Source: Octopus sinensis
Lineage: Eukaryota
Assembly (NCBI RefSeq): GCF_006345805.1
Contig: NC_043002.1
Location: 36,146,001-36,210,000 of the forward strand
Length of the DNA stretch: 64,000 nt
Direction: 5' to 3'
The translations under genes and the position numbers were made by a program. This document shows, in pieces, positions 38,953 through 51,635 of this stretch. The notes under the pieces were generated by a model. The model did no database searches. It was not told the origin of the DNA and was given only the letters and a program-made list of their open reading frames with translations. Numbering within the stretch: position 1 is the stretch's first letter; every line of letters begins with the position of its first letter.

Positions 38953-40296
38953 TGTGTGTGTGTATGTGTGTGTACACATACACACACACACACACACATA
39001 TATATGTATACACACACACTAACATATAGATATATATATTTAGATAAATGTCTCAGTATTTTATACACATATGTGTGTTTACCCATGCATTTAGAGACAC
39101 ATATTAATATATTAAAACACTGATATTTTCAAATGTATTTGTTTCACTGTGTTTGTTGGTAAGATATCTTTGCATGTATGTAAGGATAAATAACTACACA
39201 CACACAAAAATCTTTTTGTAAACACTGGTTGTCTTTATATCTCTCAACAACTGACATATTCAGTTGCTCATATACTAATCATGGTGCAAGTTAATCCACA
39301 TTCATTATACATACTCTTTCAACTGACACTAAATATTGAACAGTTCGGCATTTTACAAACAAATATTCAACAAACATGTTTTTCCAAATGTGCGACTTAC
39401 TTGTCACATTTAAATACGATGTCTATTAATGATCGTATTTATTGTTGTCTTTGATCATCATGAAGTACAAGATGCTGTTCCAGAAAATCAGTTCAACCCT
39501 TGATTTTTAAAAAATATTTTATAAATGTTATAGTCTACTACAACTACTGTATCATTATAAAAGAGAGGTTTCATCTTCTGATGCCCAACTTTCAAGGGGC
39601 TGGTACTAATTTCTGGGTTCTCTAGTGTTAAGTAGATAAGTGACAAATCTCTCTCTCTCGCTCACACACACACACACACACACACTCTCTCTTTCTCTAT
39701 CTCTCTCCTTCCAGTCTACTGATGTAACTTTCTCAGGACATCTGGTATCTATTTTCAACAGTTAGGTAAACTGAGGCACGTAGAGTAAAGTGTCTTTCCT
39801 AGGAGACACAATGAAAGACTTGCAGTGAGTTTGAACTCATTAACCATGAAGTGGCAGTCCAATATGTTATCACACAGCTATTTCGCCTCTCCCATATGTC
39901 TATGCATGAATAAATATCTCATGTATGGCCTTTGAATTAGCTTAGGAGAATCAAGATCTTGTGATACTGTGGGGGAATGACACAATTTACCTAACTGCAA
40001 AATGCAACAATGATAGAAATGTAAAAAAAGTTTGTCAAATAGAAAAAAAAGAAGAAAATACAAATGTTTTATAAATAAACGCATGATGATAATGATGGTA
40101 ATAATAATAATAATAATTGCTAAATAGACTTTTAAAACCACTCAAATATTAAACACATTTTGTTCAACCATTCAGTTTCTGATTTAAGTCTATTTTTTCA
40201 TTTTCTCATTAAACTCTATATAAAACATTCGCTTACAAACAGACCAGAATTGAGAGCCAATGTTATAAGAATGGAGTTTTCACAGTCATTTCTTCC

Positions 40297-40389
40297 TTAG
40301 GAAGAAGCAATAGCTGATCTGATCCTACGTTGAAGGTACTGCATTTTTTTCACAGTTGTCAAACGATCACTGAATTCAGTATAAGGGAC
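40297..40389 (-). CDS. TBRG4: TBRG4 terminal coding exon (VPYTEFSDRLTTVKKMQYLQRRIRSAIASS*)
   Basis: Acceptor aactttgcAG, phase 0; VPYxE RAP C-terminus, TAA at 40299-40297. The six exons total 1959 nt = 652 aa + stop. Confidence 0.9.
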   Translation of the reverse strand, partial: VPYTEFSDRLTTVKKMQYLQRRIRSAIASS

Positions 40390-40533
40390 CTGCAAAGTTA
40401 AAAAGTAATTTTGATTAAATAAGAAACAAAATAAAAAAAGAAAAGAAAAATGAGTAATATAGAAGGAAAGAAAAGAAAACTATTCATATGAACCATGTGA
40501 AACACAAATAGCAGTGGATGCAGTAATGAAGTA

Positions 40534-41759
40534 TTAGGTTGTCAAGAAAGTTCTTGTGGAATTTCTAATTTTGGTTTTAAATGATGTATTTTGAAATTAA
40601 TTTTCCTTAAATTACTTTGACTTTATATACCATTTTAAAGCCTGTTTTTCGCTCTATCTAACTGTGTTACTCTTTTTTCTTTTTGAATAATTAGGCCATT
40701 TTTTCCAGAACGTTGAATACAACATGGACAAAAAGCAAATTCGCACAATTTTCTTATTCTGGTTCAAGCTAGGCTGAAAAGCTGCTGAAACAGCTCGTGA
40801 TATCAACGATGTGTTTGGCCCAGGAACCACTAATGAACGTACAGCACAATGGTGGTTCAAGAAATTTCGTAGTGGTGACAAGAGTCTTGAAGATGATATG
40901 CATAGTGGTTGGCCATCGGATATTGACAACGATCAACTAAGAGCCTTAGTCGAAGCCAATCCATGCACAACTATTCAAGAGCTTGCTTCTGAATTAGATG
41001 TAAAGTATACAACAATTTCCAATCACTTGAAAGAGAATGGAAAACAAAAATACACTGCTTTGAAGTGTCGTCTTCCCTTCCTTTACACAGCAAGAATGAC
41101 CCGTTTCTCGACCGGATTGTGACTTGTGATAAAAAGTGGATTCTTTACAACAACCAGTGATGCTCAGCTCAGTGATTGGATGCTGACAAAGCTCCACGGC
41201 ACTTCCCGAAGCCAAAGTTGCATCAAAAGAAGGTCATGGTGACTGTTTGGTGGTCTGCAGCCAGTCTCATCCATCACAGCTTTTTGGATCCAGGTGAAAC
41301 CATTACGATGGATTTGTCAGCAAATGGATGAAATGCATAAGAATCTCCAATACAAACAACCAGTATTGGTCAATAGAAAAGGACCAATTCTTCTCCACGA
41401 CAACGTTCAGCCACACGTCACACAACTGACCCTACAGAAGTTGAATGAATCAGACTACGAAACTCTGCCTCATCTGCCATACTCACCAGACCTCTCACCT
41501 ACCGACTACCACTTCTTCAAGCATCTTGACAACTTCCTGCATGAGAAATGATTCAAAAACCAAGACAATGCCAAACACACCTTCAACGACTTCATCGCCA
41601 CCAGATTGCAGGATTTTTTTTAAATAAACTTGTTTCACGTTGGCAAAAGTATGTTGATTTTGATGGTGTTTATTTTAATTGATAAAGTTTTGTTTGAGCT
41701 GAGATATGTGCATCTGAATTTAAAGGTAAAAAACCACAAGAACTTTCTTGACAACCTAA
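40534..41759 (+). mobile_element. Near-full-length defective mariner (Hsmar1/Mos1-like)
   Basis: Perfect 26-bp TIRs TTAGGTTGTCAAGAAAGTTCTTGTGG with TA on both sides; MDKKQIR...WFKKFRSGD, IVTCDKKW, LLHDN, PYSPDLSPTDYHFF; stops and frameshifts. Confidence 0.95.
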
Positions 41760-41769
41760 TATTTTAAGT

Positions 41770-42290
41770 CATCATCATCATCACTCTCATTTAACTTACC
41801 ATGGTGGCATGGGTCAGACAGTTTGACTGAGAACTGGCAAGCCCGGAGGCTGCAGCAGGATCAAAACTGATTTGGCAAGGTTTCTACAGCTGGATGCCCT
41901 TCCTAATACCAACCATTTTGAGAGCGTAGTGGGTGCTTTTACGTGCCAGTGACATGGGAGCCAGTGAGGTGGTACTGGCATCAGCCATGCTCGAATGGTA
42001 CTGTTTACGTGCCAGTCAGGCAGAACTAGCATCAATCATGCTCGAATGGTGCTTTCCATGTGCCACCGGGATGGGTGCCAGTCAGGTAGCACTGGTATTG
42101 GCCACACTCGAATGCCACCAGCATGGGTACCAGTCAGGTGGCACTGACATTGGCCATGCTCAAATGGTGTTTTTTACATACTACTGGCACAGGTGCCAGT
42201 CAGGCAGCACTAGCATCATCCATGCTTGAATGGTGCTTTTTACATGCCACCAGCACAGGTGCCAGTCAGGTGGCACTTAAGGCATTTCTA
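41770..42290 (-). repeat. RTE 3'-UTR-derived repeat with a roughly 50-65-bp minisatellite
   Basis: About five imperfect units ATGCTCGAATGG...GCCAGTCAGG; the same tail occurs near 4370, 34060, 54170 and 54905. Confidence 0.75.
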
Positions 42291-42836
42291 AATGAATGTG
42301 ATAAATTTCACCTCTGACTATTTCAAGCAGCATTTGAGAAAAGAAGGTTCTTATGACTAAATAACTATTGCATTAGTAACAATACCCCATTTCTAAGTTT
42401 TGGTATGATAATTGTTACTTTTAATTATAAGCACAGATGCAACTATGTGGCATTGTCTCTCAACCCCATGATTCTGGGTTCAGTCCAACAGTATGGCACT
42501 TTAGGCATGTGTCTTCTACTATAGACCCAGGCGAACCAAAGTTTCATGAGTAGGTTTGGAAGAGAGAAACTGAAAGAAGCTCATCACGCGTGTGCATGCA
42601 TGTGTGTGTGTTACTATCTCTTTGCCTTGACATCGCATGATAGTTGTAAATGTTACTGCCTTGCAGTTGGTGCCCTTCATTTCTAGTCTTCCATGTAAAC
42701 ATGTCAGGACATGGGAAAATATTATTTATTTTGAAACAAGCAAAGGACCATTTGATAAATTTACTTCCAACATGAAAAACAACGTATCAAAATTTAAACA
42801 ATAAACAATGTAAGTTGTTACACGGTTAATATTTAC

Positions 42837-42951
42837 CTGTATTAATATGTAATCCAAATGAATGAGGTGTCTTGCTGCCATTGTGTGCAATCCTGTAGGC
42901 TTAACTGTACAGAGGGTCATATCAGGGAAATCTAATACTTTGAAAGCAATC
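42837..42951 (-). CDS. TBRG4: TBRG4 coding exon 5, RAP domain (RIAFKVLDFPDMTLCTVKPTGLHTMAARHLIHLDYILIQ)
   Basis: Acceptor tctcttttAG, donor CAG|GTAAAT, phase 2-0; FP...ARRH-like pattern of the TBRG4 RAP domain. Confidence 0.9.
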
Positions 42952-44134
42952 CTAAAAGAGAAAATTTTGCAGAAAAAAATCTTAATGTAATAAAATGAAG
43001 ACTAAAATTTTATTTGAATTCAAATATTGATTTCCTATATTACTATTGACTTTTTTTGAACTGGCACAAAAAAACATTTGCGGGAGCATAGGAAATTAAA
43101 TAAACTTCAGTACTTGAATGGTTCTGCTTTTATCAACCCCAAGAGAATAAAAGGCAAAGTCAGTTCTAGCAAGATTTAGATTCAGAGTGTAAAGACTAAA
43201 TATCACAAAGCATTTTGTCCAGTACTATACTGATTCTGTCATCCTTACTAATAACAATAATATATTTTTTACTTAAGCATGTTAGTCTGAGATTTATAGA
43301 GAAGTGTGGTGTTCTTGCCATTTTCAAAACTGAAATGGCACCAACTGAAAATCAAAACTTGTTTACAAACTAAGCTTGTCTCTTGATTTCAGCTTAATAA
43401 ACATAATTATGATTAAAATTGTAATAATGACGATTTATTTTATAGAAATTAGACTAGTTATAGGAACACAAGTGGTTAAATCAAAATTAACTTCTTAGAA
43501 GTAATTAAGATTATAAGATTTATTGGAATGTGCAAGTAGTTGAAAAGATAATATTTTCAAGCTACTGAGGGAGGAGCTAGGTGGTGACTCAATCTGTTTG
43601 AAATAGCAAGAAAATCTCCTTAAAATCATATCCTACTATCATAAAGGAAGACAGTAAAAAATGTAGTTCTTTAAATCCTGAAAATGGAACAAGGCAATCA
43701 CATGCTGTAATACTGTTGATCATAAAACAACCTAATGAAAGCTGATTTAGGTTCAAAGACAAAGCAAGGAAAAATAGATGTAGGGGCAGTTGTTCCTCAG
43801 GCATAGGTGTGAAGGGATACAATTTTCCTCTCTCACCATGCTTGTTGATTAAGGTGGGAACACCAAGATTATCATTGTTCCTCAGCACTGAGAACCCTCG
43901 TTGTGCCACTGCTTGGATTAAATTACATACTATTTTTTTTTAATCATTTATTGATATCTGTATTGCAAATTAGATGGGTCCTAGGTATATCTTAATACTA
44001 GGCAAATCTCTCAACTATCAGCAAGTGCAGTTTGAAGCTAGATGGCCTTGTGAGACATCACAGAAATGATATATAACAGATGTAATTGTACATTGTACAG
44101 TTTCAGAACTCACTTCAAAGACTGCCAAACTTAC

Positions 44135-44219
44135 CGATTAACACCTGGTTTTGGCTCATGCCCATAATGCTCATCATATACAAGGGGTTCACCTTTCTTA
44201 TCAACAAATAGTACAGCAT
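44135..44219 (-). CDS. TBRG4: TBRG4 coding exon 4 (DAVLFVDKKGEPLVYDEHYGHEPKPGVN)
   Basis: Acceptor ttttcttcAG, donor CG|GTAAGT, phase 1-2; in frame with both neighbours. Confidence 0.88.
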
Positions 44220-44489
44220 CTGAAGAAAATATAAATTAACATTATTAATAATTAGAGAAGGGTAGAAAGAAGATAGCAGAAAAGCAGAACTGTGACAATA
44301 TCAGACATAATAATTGACTATTTTTCTTTTTAAAACTAGTTTAGATCATATTTGCTTTTTGCTTAGTAGTTATTATCATTAAAATAATTTTGCCATGTTT
44401 GCATTGTTTAGATAGATTAATTTGGCTACAGAAAAAGGAGATTATTTAGTTATTCTAAGACAGCAGCCAACAATTGGAATAAGTTACAA

Positions 44490-44780
44490 GGCCGACCAAA
44501 GCCTTGTGAGTGGATTTAGTAGACGGAAACTGAAAGAAGCCCATCGTATATATGTATGTGTGCGTATATGTTTGTGTGTCTGTTTTTTTTTCTCCCAACA
44601 TTGCTTGACAAGTGATGGTGGTGTGTTTACGTCCCCCATAACTTAGCAGTTCTGCAAAAGAGACCAACAGAATAAGTACTAAGCTTCCAAAGAATAAGTC
44701 CCAGGGTCGATTTGTTTGACTAAAGGCAGTGCTCCAGCATGGCTGCAGTCAAATGACTGAAACAAGTAAGAGTAAAAGAG
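44490..44780 (+). mobile_element. SINE copy (5'-truncated), left member of an inverted pair
   Basis: Same family as 10013-10415. Confidence 0.85.
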
Positions 44781-44958
44781 TAATATCAAAAAAACTCAAG
44801 AAAATGAACAGAAGTGTGAATCCTTGGAATTCATTTGGTAAATGTGTGGGAAACAGCTAAACAAAGAAATAATCTAAATCTCTAATTGTGCAACAACAAC
44901 ACTATTCAAAGTTTGAATGCATATCATTATGCATAACATTGCTAAAGAACTGAATTAT

Positions 44959-45310
44959 CTCTTTTACTTGTTTCAGTCATTTGACTGCAGCCATGCTGGA
45001 GCACCGCCTTTAGTCAAACAAATCAACCCCAGGACTTATTCTTTGTAAGCCTAGTACTTATTCTACAGGTCTCTTTTGCCGAACCATTAAGTTACGGGGA
45101 CGTGAACCCACCAGCGATGTTGGGGGACAAACACAGACATATAAACATATACGTACACATACATACATATATACAACGGGCTTCTTTCAGTTTCCGTCTA
45201 CCAAATCCACTCACAAGGCTTTGGTCGGCCCAAGGTGCCATGCAGTGGGACTGAACCCAGAACCATGTGGTTGGTAAGCAAGCTACTTACCACACAGCCA
45301 CTCCTGCACC
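44959..45310 (-). mobile_element. SINE copy, right member of an inverted pair
   Basis: Reverse complement of the same family. Confidence 0.85.
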
Positions 45311-46005
45311 TATCTACTTTCTATTTAATTACTCTAGCTCTGATAACATCTGATTAAAAACAAATCTGTTCAACTTAATTCTTTCAAATAGTTATGTTAA
45401 CTACAGTAGCTTATGGAACTGAACAGCTAAATGTCTAAAGGTAATTTAAAGTTCCTTCTCCTGCTAGTCATTAAGAGGGAACTCCAGTAATAATTATACA
45501 TTCTCAGTGGAATTGCCAATACTGATCTATCAATTCTGAAGAAATGAAGTTGACCTACAAAATATAAAGTATCCATTCTGACCCAAGTAAAATAAAACTT
45601 TAATTGGATAATCATTATATTGGAAATAAATGTAGATGGATGATGGAAAGTGATTGTTATGCTGATGGTTAAGCGACCTGAATTATTATTCAAACCTTGC
45701 TACTGCATATACAGGCAAGGTATATTAATCTAGAAATGGATGTCACCACCACCTCACAGATGAACAGTCAACATTGTTCAATTCTGTAATTTACCTTGGT
45801 TGGCACAACTATCTGAAAAAGTTGAACCAAATGGATTTGGCTTTATCAAATGTTACCAGAACTTGATTGATAAAGAATACATCTGTAAAAATCTTGCTTT
45901 CTATAGAGAGATAAAAAGTAAATATATAAAAATATATTTTTAAAATGTATATTAAATTTTAGATCCTTGGAATTTATGAATAAAAAAGAAGTTAGAGTTA
46001 CAAAC

Positions 46006-46123
46006 CAAGTATATAACCATATGGTGTTATCACATCTGTCCTGACAAATTTGTTGAGGGGAGCAAAATTGGAAAGAGCAGTTGTTACAGATACAGCCAAA
46101 CCATGTTGAGAACGGGAGAGAGC
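46006..46123 (-). CDS. TBRG4: TBRG4 coding exon 3 (ALSRSQHGLAVSVTTALSNFAPLNKFVRTDVITPYGYIL)
   Basis: Acceptor tatttccAG, donor G|GTTTGT, phase 0-1; the TPYGYxxD motif precedes the RAP domain in FASTK proteins. Confidence 0.88.
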
Positions 46124-46574
46124 CTGGAAATATAAGAAATGAAATGAAACAAAGCTATTATTATGAATGAATACATGTGTAAATGTGCGCTTTTCTTTTG
46201 TTTGTGTTTTGTTTTCAGATTTCTTTTCACTGTTTTACAACCATTTCCAGGCTAATCTTAATGGCACAGGGTTTGAAATTTTATATTTGCATGTTGTTAA
46301 AACATTGTTAAAACTGTATGCCCTTCATGGTACAAACCATTAGACTATGAAATAGGAGTAGAACCATTTATCTATCAGCAGGCTATCATGGGGCCAACTC
46401 AATGACAATGCCATCAGTAGTCCAACACCATAACCTCTGTTATTGTCTCTCATCTTTTTGTGAAAGTGTGTGTAGTCTTACTTGTATGCATGAATGCGAG
46501 TTTGAGTTTGTGTGAGCTTACATATGTGTGTATGTGCATACAGCCCTACCAGCAAATAGAAAGCTATATTTCAC

Positions 46575-46705
46575 CTTCAGGTGCACCTTATCAATGAAAT
46601 CATGTGGAATCAATGGTCCATTGTAGGAGATAAGGTCATGTTGAACAGCGGCTGCAATATTTAGTAACCGTAGCTGGCCCAGGGTTTTCCGGAAGGGATC
46701 CAAAC
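46575..46705 (-). CDS. TBRG4: TBRG4 coding exon 2 (GLDPFRKTLGQLRLLNIAAAVQHDLISYNGPLIPHDFIDKVHLK)
   Basis: Acceptor ggttAG, donor AAG|GTGA, phase 1-0; resembles the TBRG4 [22 protein letters not shown] segment. Confidence 0.9.
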
Positions 46706-47714
46706 CTAACCATTACAAAGAGGAAATGAAATTTGCTGTCAGAAAAAAAAACAAACAAAGCATAAATGTTTAACAGTAGTATGACCAAAACAATTCACAG
46801 AGATCTCTGAAACAGCCGCTACTAAAAAAAAATATGCTTAGATTGAATAAATATGAAAACATGCTCAACCAATGATATGGGACATAATACTACTTTTTAG
46901 AAAACTATTCATCTCTTTTTTCATGATTTTAAAATATGAAAAGAAGATGAATACTTTTCTGTCTCAGGTTCATTTAACAGGTAAACAGGACTTCTAAAAA
47001 GTTTTAGCATAAGTTTAATAGCTATCAGCAAAATAATGAGAATAATTTAAAAACGATGCTTAAAATAAGAATTGCAAAGCATATACAGAAATGCATTTAT
47101 TACAGTAAATGTTATACTATTACTAAAACATTCTATTTATATTAGTTGGATTTGTATAAAAATGAATAAATTGTGTACACAAAGGGCTGAAAATCTTAGT
47201 TGCTTTTAAGTTTCAGGTCAGCTCTGCTAGCACAGACTTACGATAAGCGTTTCAGTTGTGACCATCTCATCTTTTTTTAGCAAACATAGAATATCTAGAT
47301 TGACACTATCCAATTTTCTTTTGTGTTTCATGATAATTAGTGTGACTTGAAGGAAATTTGGCTGCTATCATTAATGAGTGAAGCAAGCTTCCTCATTCTA
47401 AGTGAAGAAGTAAATGTTTATTTTGAAAATCATAAAAGAAAATAAGCTCAGATTCAGTAATTAAAAACAAATTTTAGTCAGCTGAAAGCAAGCCACTAAG
47501 GTTAACAAACACATATTATTGTTTGCTCCAAGTATAAAGGTTTTAGTTCAAAATATACATGTAGCAGTAGTAGCCAAACATATCCATCTATATGGAAAAA
47601 TTATATTAAGGATAATAACAAGCAATAGGCAAATGATATCTTATGATCTAAAAACAACCATATGGAGTAACTGATATTTTAAATGATTACCAAATCTTCA
47701 ATTTGACTGCCTAG

Positions 47715-50005
47715 ATTTTAACATTTTTTATTGCCTTTGCACAGCTTCTAATGCTGGAGATGTACTATGGCATCAGCTGTTCACTACCAGTGAATTAAAG
47801 TAACACCTCTTATTTTTCGAGCACCTTCCGGAGTATTCGAGCGGTTCCAAGCAGTGCTGCCTTCTGCAAGTGCTCCACCCTTATTGCAGCCCCTATTTGC
47901 TCCATGTACTTCTTGAGATTTTTGCTCACTGTTCCCAGGGCTCCAATAATTATTGGTGATACTACCACCCTTTTCATCAATCACAACTGCTTAACTTCCC
48001 AAGCTAACCTGTCATATCTCTTGACTTTTCTTTCTTCCTTCCTTATCACATACCCTGTTGTCTGCTGGGCATGCTATATCATCCAGCATAGTTTGTTTTC
48101 TTTCTCAATTAAGACTATGTCTGGCTCCCTATTCTCTATCTCATGGTTGCACTGAATCATAAAATCCCACAGGATCTTTGCATTTTTATTTTCATTGAAG
48201 CCTTCAGATTTGTAGTCGTACCAATTTTTTGCTCTGTCAAGTCCATACTTGTTGCAAAGTGTCCAATGGACAAGCCTGGCTATATTGTCATGGCATCTCT
48301 TATATTCCTTCTGGGCTAGTGGCGTACATTGGCTGGTAATATGCCATACGGTTTCACCATTTTGTTCACAGATTCTGCACTTATCACTTTCTGATGTGTT
48401 GTCCATTCTGTATTTTATGTAGTTTGTCCTTAGTGCTTGATCTTGGGCAGCACAGATTAGAGCTTCCATTTCCGGTTTTAAATCACTTTTAGTCATCCAC
48501 AGCCATCTTCTTTCTCTGTCTGTCTTATCTTCAACTTCCCTATGATATTGACCATGCATTCTTTTCTTTACCCACCTATTTTCAGTTTCATTCATTTTCA
48601 ATTGCTTGTACAGTGCCTTATCTTTGCAATCATTCATCCTACACAAGCCTGACCTTCTTACTTCTAATAGTAGTTCTGTGGCATTTTAAAAATTCCTTGC
48701 TATGTTGTTTTCTTCTGCTTTAATGCTGTGTTCGCATCCAATAAGTCCTCTTCCCCCTCTTTTTCTTGGTACATATAGTCTGTCTGTGTCACTTTTTGGG
48801 TGGAGTGTCCCATATCTAATTAGCAACTTACTTGTCTTTCTGTCTAAGCTGTTTAGTTTGTCTACTGTCCATTACCCCTAATCCATATCTAGGGAGTGAA
48901 ACCACCCAGGTGTTGATAGCTTCAATCTTATTCCATCTGTTTAATTTCAACTTAAGGATCAGTCTCAGTCTGCGCAAGTACTCCACCTTGAATTTTTTTG
49001 TCATTTCTCTCTCCATTAATTTATCCATTTCCAAAAATCCCCAAATACTTATAGCCCATCTCTTCTATCTGCTTCATAACCTCCCCCGACGGTATCGTTA
49101 GCCTGTCCATACATTTTACTTTTCCTCTCTTCAAGACTAACACACAACACTTTCTCAGTTTGAACTCCATTCTGAAATCAGCACTGAAGGTATACACCAT
49201 ATCAATGAGGGAACTGACTTGGGCTTCATCTTTACCATGAATAACAAATGGTTGACGTTTTGTTGGCAGCTTATGAATACATACCCAACTTTTGCTTTTC
49301 TCAGAATCAGTGTTAGTGGTATAAAGCACAGTACAAAGATCAGTGGAGACAGGCAGTCCCCTTGGAAGATGTCCCTCCTGATTTCTACTGTCCCTAAACT
49401 TCTTCCATTTGCTGTCAGATCCGTCCTCCAATCTGCCATACTTTTTCCAAGCAATCACTCAACATTTGATGCAATACCAAATAGGTTTATACATTCCATA
49501 ATCCAAGAATGTGGGATCATATTGTGTGCCTTACAATCCATAACATGGCTAAGTTACTTTTCCTCCTCTTTCAGTCTCTAAGTACAGTTTTGTCTATCAG
49601 GAGTTGATCCTTGATACCTCTGCACTTATGCTTGTAACCCTTCTGCTCATGTGGCAGGACTCCATTTTTTTCCAGATGTTCATACATTGACTCTGCGAGT
49701 ATTCCAGTCAATCAGCCTGTAATTGTCTACCGTATTGCCTTTTTCGATGTTTTTCAAGTAAAGCACTGTCCTACCCAATGCCAACCACTCTGGTGTTACT
49801 TGGTCAGTATTTAACAAAATGTTGAGTTGCACAGCTATTCGTGCAAGACATTCACCAAATCTTTTGATCCAGTAGCCTTAAACTCCATCTGGTCCCAGGG
49901 CCTTCCAGTTGCTCATTTTTTAGCTGATTTCCTTCACTTCCCTTACTGAAATGACTAGTTCTGCCTGTTTTGGTATGTTTATGTATTTGGATAATATATT
50001 AAAGT
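47715..50005 (-). mobile_element. R4/Dong-type non-LTR retrotransposon (RT, CCHC knuckle, restriction-like endonuclease), 5'-truncated and dead
   Basis: IFQGDCLSPLIF; KCRICEQNGETVWHITSQC; ILWDF...PDIVLIEK...DIACP; IIIGALGTV; stop at 47810-47812; the RT catalytic Asp pair is lost. Confidence 0.9.
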
Positions 50006-50599
50006 TTTTAACTTTTCTTGAGATGTTCATTTGCCTGTTCAATTGGAAAATACAGTAGTACTTTTGCAATGAAAAGGATGTTTACATTTCTGAATCCTCA
50101 GGGAGAGACAAAAAGAAAAGAAAATGAATTATTATTATTATTATTATTACTATTATTATTATTATTATTATTATTATTTAGTCCATGTAGGATGAGCAGT
50201 GCCAATAAGCTTCCCAGTCTGGTGACACTGGTGTGGATGGTGATGATTTGCTGACGGATCCTTATAGGCGAGTTTTAGTGAATGTAGTTCTGAAGAGTAA
50301 TGATTGGTGAAATGTTAATAAGGGATGAGAGCATAGGAGAGATTATGAGAAGAAAGTAATAACTTGTCAATAGGGGTAGGGGTCTGTATACGCTGGAATA
50401 TGAACAATTGTAGTGACAGTAGAAGAGAGAGAACACAGCATTGCAAGGAGTTAATGATTGCATCATCATCATCATCCTCATTATCATCACTGTCACTGCT
50501 ACAACTACTGCTGCCATCATTATCATCATGCACATTATCATTACACATCCAGCAGAAAATACTTGCTTCATTTCTTTCCAATCTTCAAAACACCCACCA

Positions 50600-51000
50600 T
50601 CATATTCACTACCATGCGACATCGCAATTCATGTACATGCAACATATAATCTACTCTCCATTCAGAGAAAGCATCTCTTTGTTGCCAGTAGATGTAATAG
50701 CTTCCTGAACAATTTCCACCCCATTTTTACTCTAGTTATGATGCATTTGGAACAACTTCCACTGTTAATTAGGTCACCTAAGTAAAAGAAGCTATCAACT
50801 ACTTCTGAGGAATTTTCTGAGCATTTGAAAGAATTTATTTTATGAGGGCTCTTGTTGTTAATCATTCCTGTGCACCTATTACATAAAAATTCTTTCTTCT
50901 CTGTCATCCTGTTTGTGATCCCACTGCACTTGTGCACCCATAGTTTCCATTAGGTATACCATATGGTATATTCCTTGTCGGCATCTCAAACATAGCCACT
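50600..51000 (-). mobile_element. RTE LINE fragment with half of the PHD-type finger
   Basis: HKCSGITNRMTEKKEFLCNRC...EVVDSFFYLGD. Confidence 0.75.
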
Positions 51001-51345
51001 TACACAAAAGATTCAGCTAGGGAAACTAAGTTATACATATACAGAGCGAATAATTATTTGCTAATCAATCTTGGCCTTCAGTTTTGGTTGTAATCTAAAT
51101 GCATATGCATGTAAGCAGATGCTTAGTCTCAGATACGTAAGCAAGACTCTAATGCAGATTGTACTTATGATTTGAGAAGATGAAGCTTAGTGACTGGATG
51201 ATCTGTTGACAGTAGACCAGACAACACCATCATCCAGTGCAACTTCTGTACAAACAATTGCAGTTGTAAACCAACACACATGTACACATACATGTGTATT
51301 TGTGTGTGAGTGTGTGTGTCTCCCTCTCTCCTTATATAAATATGC

Positions 51346-51635
51346 ATGTATATAATTTAGAGAAAAACCTCTATTAAACAATTCAATAAAGATGTTATAC
51401 ACACTATATAGAAAAACATATACTATAAAAAACCTTATTCTAAAAATCAATAAAGTATAATAAATAGTAATATAATGCATGTAGTATTTTTGCTACTATT
51501 TATTATTTACAATTTATTGTACTTTATTGAATTTTAGAATAAAGTTTTTTTATAGTATATGTTTTCTATATGGTGTGAATAACATCTTTCTTTATTGAAT
51601 TGTTTGATAGAGGTTTTTCTCTAAATTATATACAT
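51346..51635. repeat. AT-rich fold-back (about 125-bp arms, about 36-nt spacer) in TBRG4 intron
   Basis: 51346-51470 matches the reverse complement of 51507-51635 at roughly 90% by eye. Confidence 0.9.

Noticed and set aside
41933-42290. Regularly spaced repeats as a CRISPR-like array
   Set aside because: Eukaryotic context; units are imperfect tandem copies without unique spacers, inside a LINE tail.
43793-43875. C/D snoRNA-like segment on the minus strand (ATGATAA...CTGA, 79 nt), also ORF 43589-43909
   Set aside because: C box imperfect, no terminal stem, no recognisable rRNA complement; the ORF has no usable splice phase and TBRG4 is complete without it.
45795-45882. Exon-like AG...GT segment on the minus strand in a TBRG4 intron
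   Set aside because: Stops in all three frames; not needed for the reading frame. A poison exon cannot be excluded without RNA data.
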